DNA of 8,926 bases from Carpediemonas membranifera BICM. Its lineage: Eukaryota; Protista; Fornicata. Under the pieces are notes generated by a model that searched no databases, was not told the origin of the DNA, and saw only the letters and a list, made by a program, of their open reading frames with translations. The translations under genes were made by a program, and so were the position numbers. Numbering within the stretch: the first letter of the stretch is position 1; each line of letters opens with the position of its first letter. Location of the stretch: positions 1 through 8,926 of the forward strand of contig JAHDYR010000063.1 of NCBI GenBank assembly GCA_019828565.1, written 5' to 3'. Below, piece after piece: positions 7,631 to 8,926 of this stretch.

Positions 7631-7890
7631 GCCTAGAGGCGTCACGCAGGGCAGTCGCGGGCTACCTCGTCAAGTTCAACGCGTCGAGAGACACCACGCT
7701 ATCACACGCGGCGCAGCTCAGGCAGCACCTCATGAGCGAAGCCAAGACCTCGGGGCCCGACACGATAGGCAAGAAGGGACACTGGATTTGCAAAGCGGCC
7801 CCACTGATCTGCGACTGGACCCCCCCGCAGGACAGCAGCGAGATCATTCGATCAGTCCGCAACGTAGCATCCACCACCAGACTGACTGGT
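7070..7890 (+). mobile_element. Truncated DIRS-like (tyrosine-recombinase) retrotransposon relic: methyltransferase frame overlapping a putative YR frame
   Basis: Two long overlapping + strand ORFs in different frames. One has DIRS-type Dam-like MT motifs, the other an acidic tract followed by a YR core-binding-like helical region. No RT/RNase H or catalytic YR motifs are visible. Boundaries are approximate. Confidence 0.6.
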
Positions 7891-7974
7891 GTGGTGGTCA
7901 TAGACCACACTAATCATTTATACAGTTTAAGCCATTTATTGGCACAAGGGTTTTCTCTTCTTCTTTCCATATAA
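7267..7974 (+). pseudogene. Overlapping ORF: Ser/Asp-rich N-terminus plus putative tyrosine-recombinase N-terminal (core-binding) domain, truncated near 7890
   Basis: ATG at 7267 gives ...SSSSDDSSDISAYSDDSVADPDWIPSD..., then GC3-rich helical SLEASRRAVAGYLVKF...QLRQHLMSEAKTSGPDTIGKKGHWICKAAPLICDWTPPQDSSEIIRSVRNV. After ~7890 it reads into AT-rich non-coding-like sequence. The YR assignment rests on pattern and position only. Confidence 0.45.
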
Positions 7975-8021
7975 AAGCATTCTCCGCATTAGCGAGGCAC
8001 ATTAACGTTAATTCCCCTCAA

Positions 8022-8225
8022 ATGCTGAAGAAATCCGATCCCCCGTTGCTGAAGTCGCCAGATCTGAACGAACTGTTCATCTTTGTGGACAAGTTCAACG
8101 ATTACCGCGCCTTAGGGGGCAAGCGAGACATTGAGAAGCTAATCGACAGCGAGGTTCGGGAGATGGTGACAGCAATCCTACCAGCGGACGATCTTGACGA
8201 CGCGGAGGAAGAGATCCCTCTGTAG
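8022..8225 (+). pseudogene. Truncated gag-like ORF (copy A), homologous to the N-terminus of 8321..8815
   Basis: 14/38 ungapped identities with the ORF at 8321 (PLLK...F.....D..A.GGK....KLI..E) plus a shared EE(I/V)PL, immediately after which it stops. Gag identity is inferred from context. Confidence 0.5.
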
Positions 8226-8320
8226 TCAGTATTAATATCTACCAATATCCCTGGGAGGGTCCAAACCTCTTTTTACTCGTAAACTCTTTCTCTTCCAAAC
8301 CACAGTACTAGTACTTACCT

Positions 8321-8926
8321 ATGGGTAGAGAACAGAAAAAACAAGCGCCGCTCCTGAAAGAGGCAACATTCAGCGCTTTCGTAGCTTTTACGACGTCACT
8401 GCGTGACTTTAAGGCTAGAGGAGGTAAGGCGAAGCTCCGCAAGCTTATAAGCCCGGAGATCCAGTCCTATGCATCACAAGTGCTAGGCTTAGAGACCCTA
8501 GAGGAGGTTCCGCTTCCTCAGGGTGACCAACATGACGACGAACCTTCCACTTCATCACGCAAGCTCAGAGAGAAGATCATCATGCAGCGACTCGCCGCTG
8601 CCTTGCGCCCCACCAGAAAGGAACAATGCCTGAACCTTATCAGGCTGCGCATCGCGGCGTTCACGCCGCTCGAGGTGTCGAAGCTCAACTCGCAGTTCAA
8701 CACCTTGTTGGAGTGCCTTAACATGGACGAGGATGACACCATTCGTGAAGCCTACTTGCGGGCCTTTGCTGTGAAGGGCCAATCCCTCTACTACAGACTG
8801 AAGGCAGCAGACTGAGGGTTGCTCACTGGCGGAGACCCAGCAATACACCATGAAGACGGCACGCGACGTAGCCGAGTCGGCTGAGTACCTTGCTCCGTTC
8901 ACCGAGGCGATCCGCTCCGATCAGTC
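8321..8926 (+). pseudogene. Gag-like ORF (copy B) with +1 frameshift at ~8802-8812, continuing off the right edge
   Basis: The 164-aa helical ORF stops at TGA 8813-8815. The +1 frame from 8811 (TEGCSLAETQQYTMKTARDVAESAEYLAPFTEAIRSDQ) stays open with GC3 bias to the window end. Confidence 0.5.

Overview
This is eukaryotic genomic DNA from a compact, gene-dense, intron-poor flagellated protist. It carries a CFAP45 gene and uses TAA, TAG and TGA as stops. The style resembles a free-living fornicate/metamonad such as Carpediemonas, but that is inference only. From left to right: (1) a >=410-codon minus-strand ORF running off the left edge and missing from the ORF track; (2) a CHIP/STUB1-like E3 ligase with reversed domain order (U-box, coiled coil, TPR); (3) CFAP45; (4) a possible small intron-containing gene in the 4.2-4.6 kb spacer; (5) WDR4/TRM82; (6) a divergent MIT+AAA ATPase of the VPS4/spastin/katanin clade; (7) from about 7.1 kb, a cluster of retroelement relics. 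That cluster holds a DIRS-like fragment in which a Dam-like adenine-methyltransferase frame overlaps a putative tyrosine-recombinase N-terminal frame. Two related gag-like ORFs follow, one truncated and one frameshifted, each preceded by a TGT-initiated short hairpin at a breakpoint. All family assignments come from motif recognition by eye; no searches were run.
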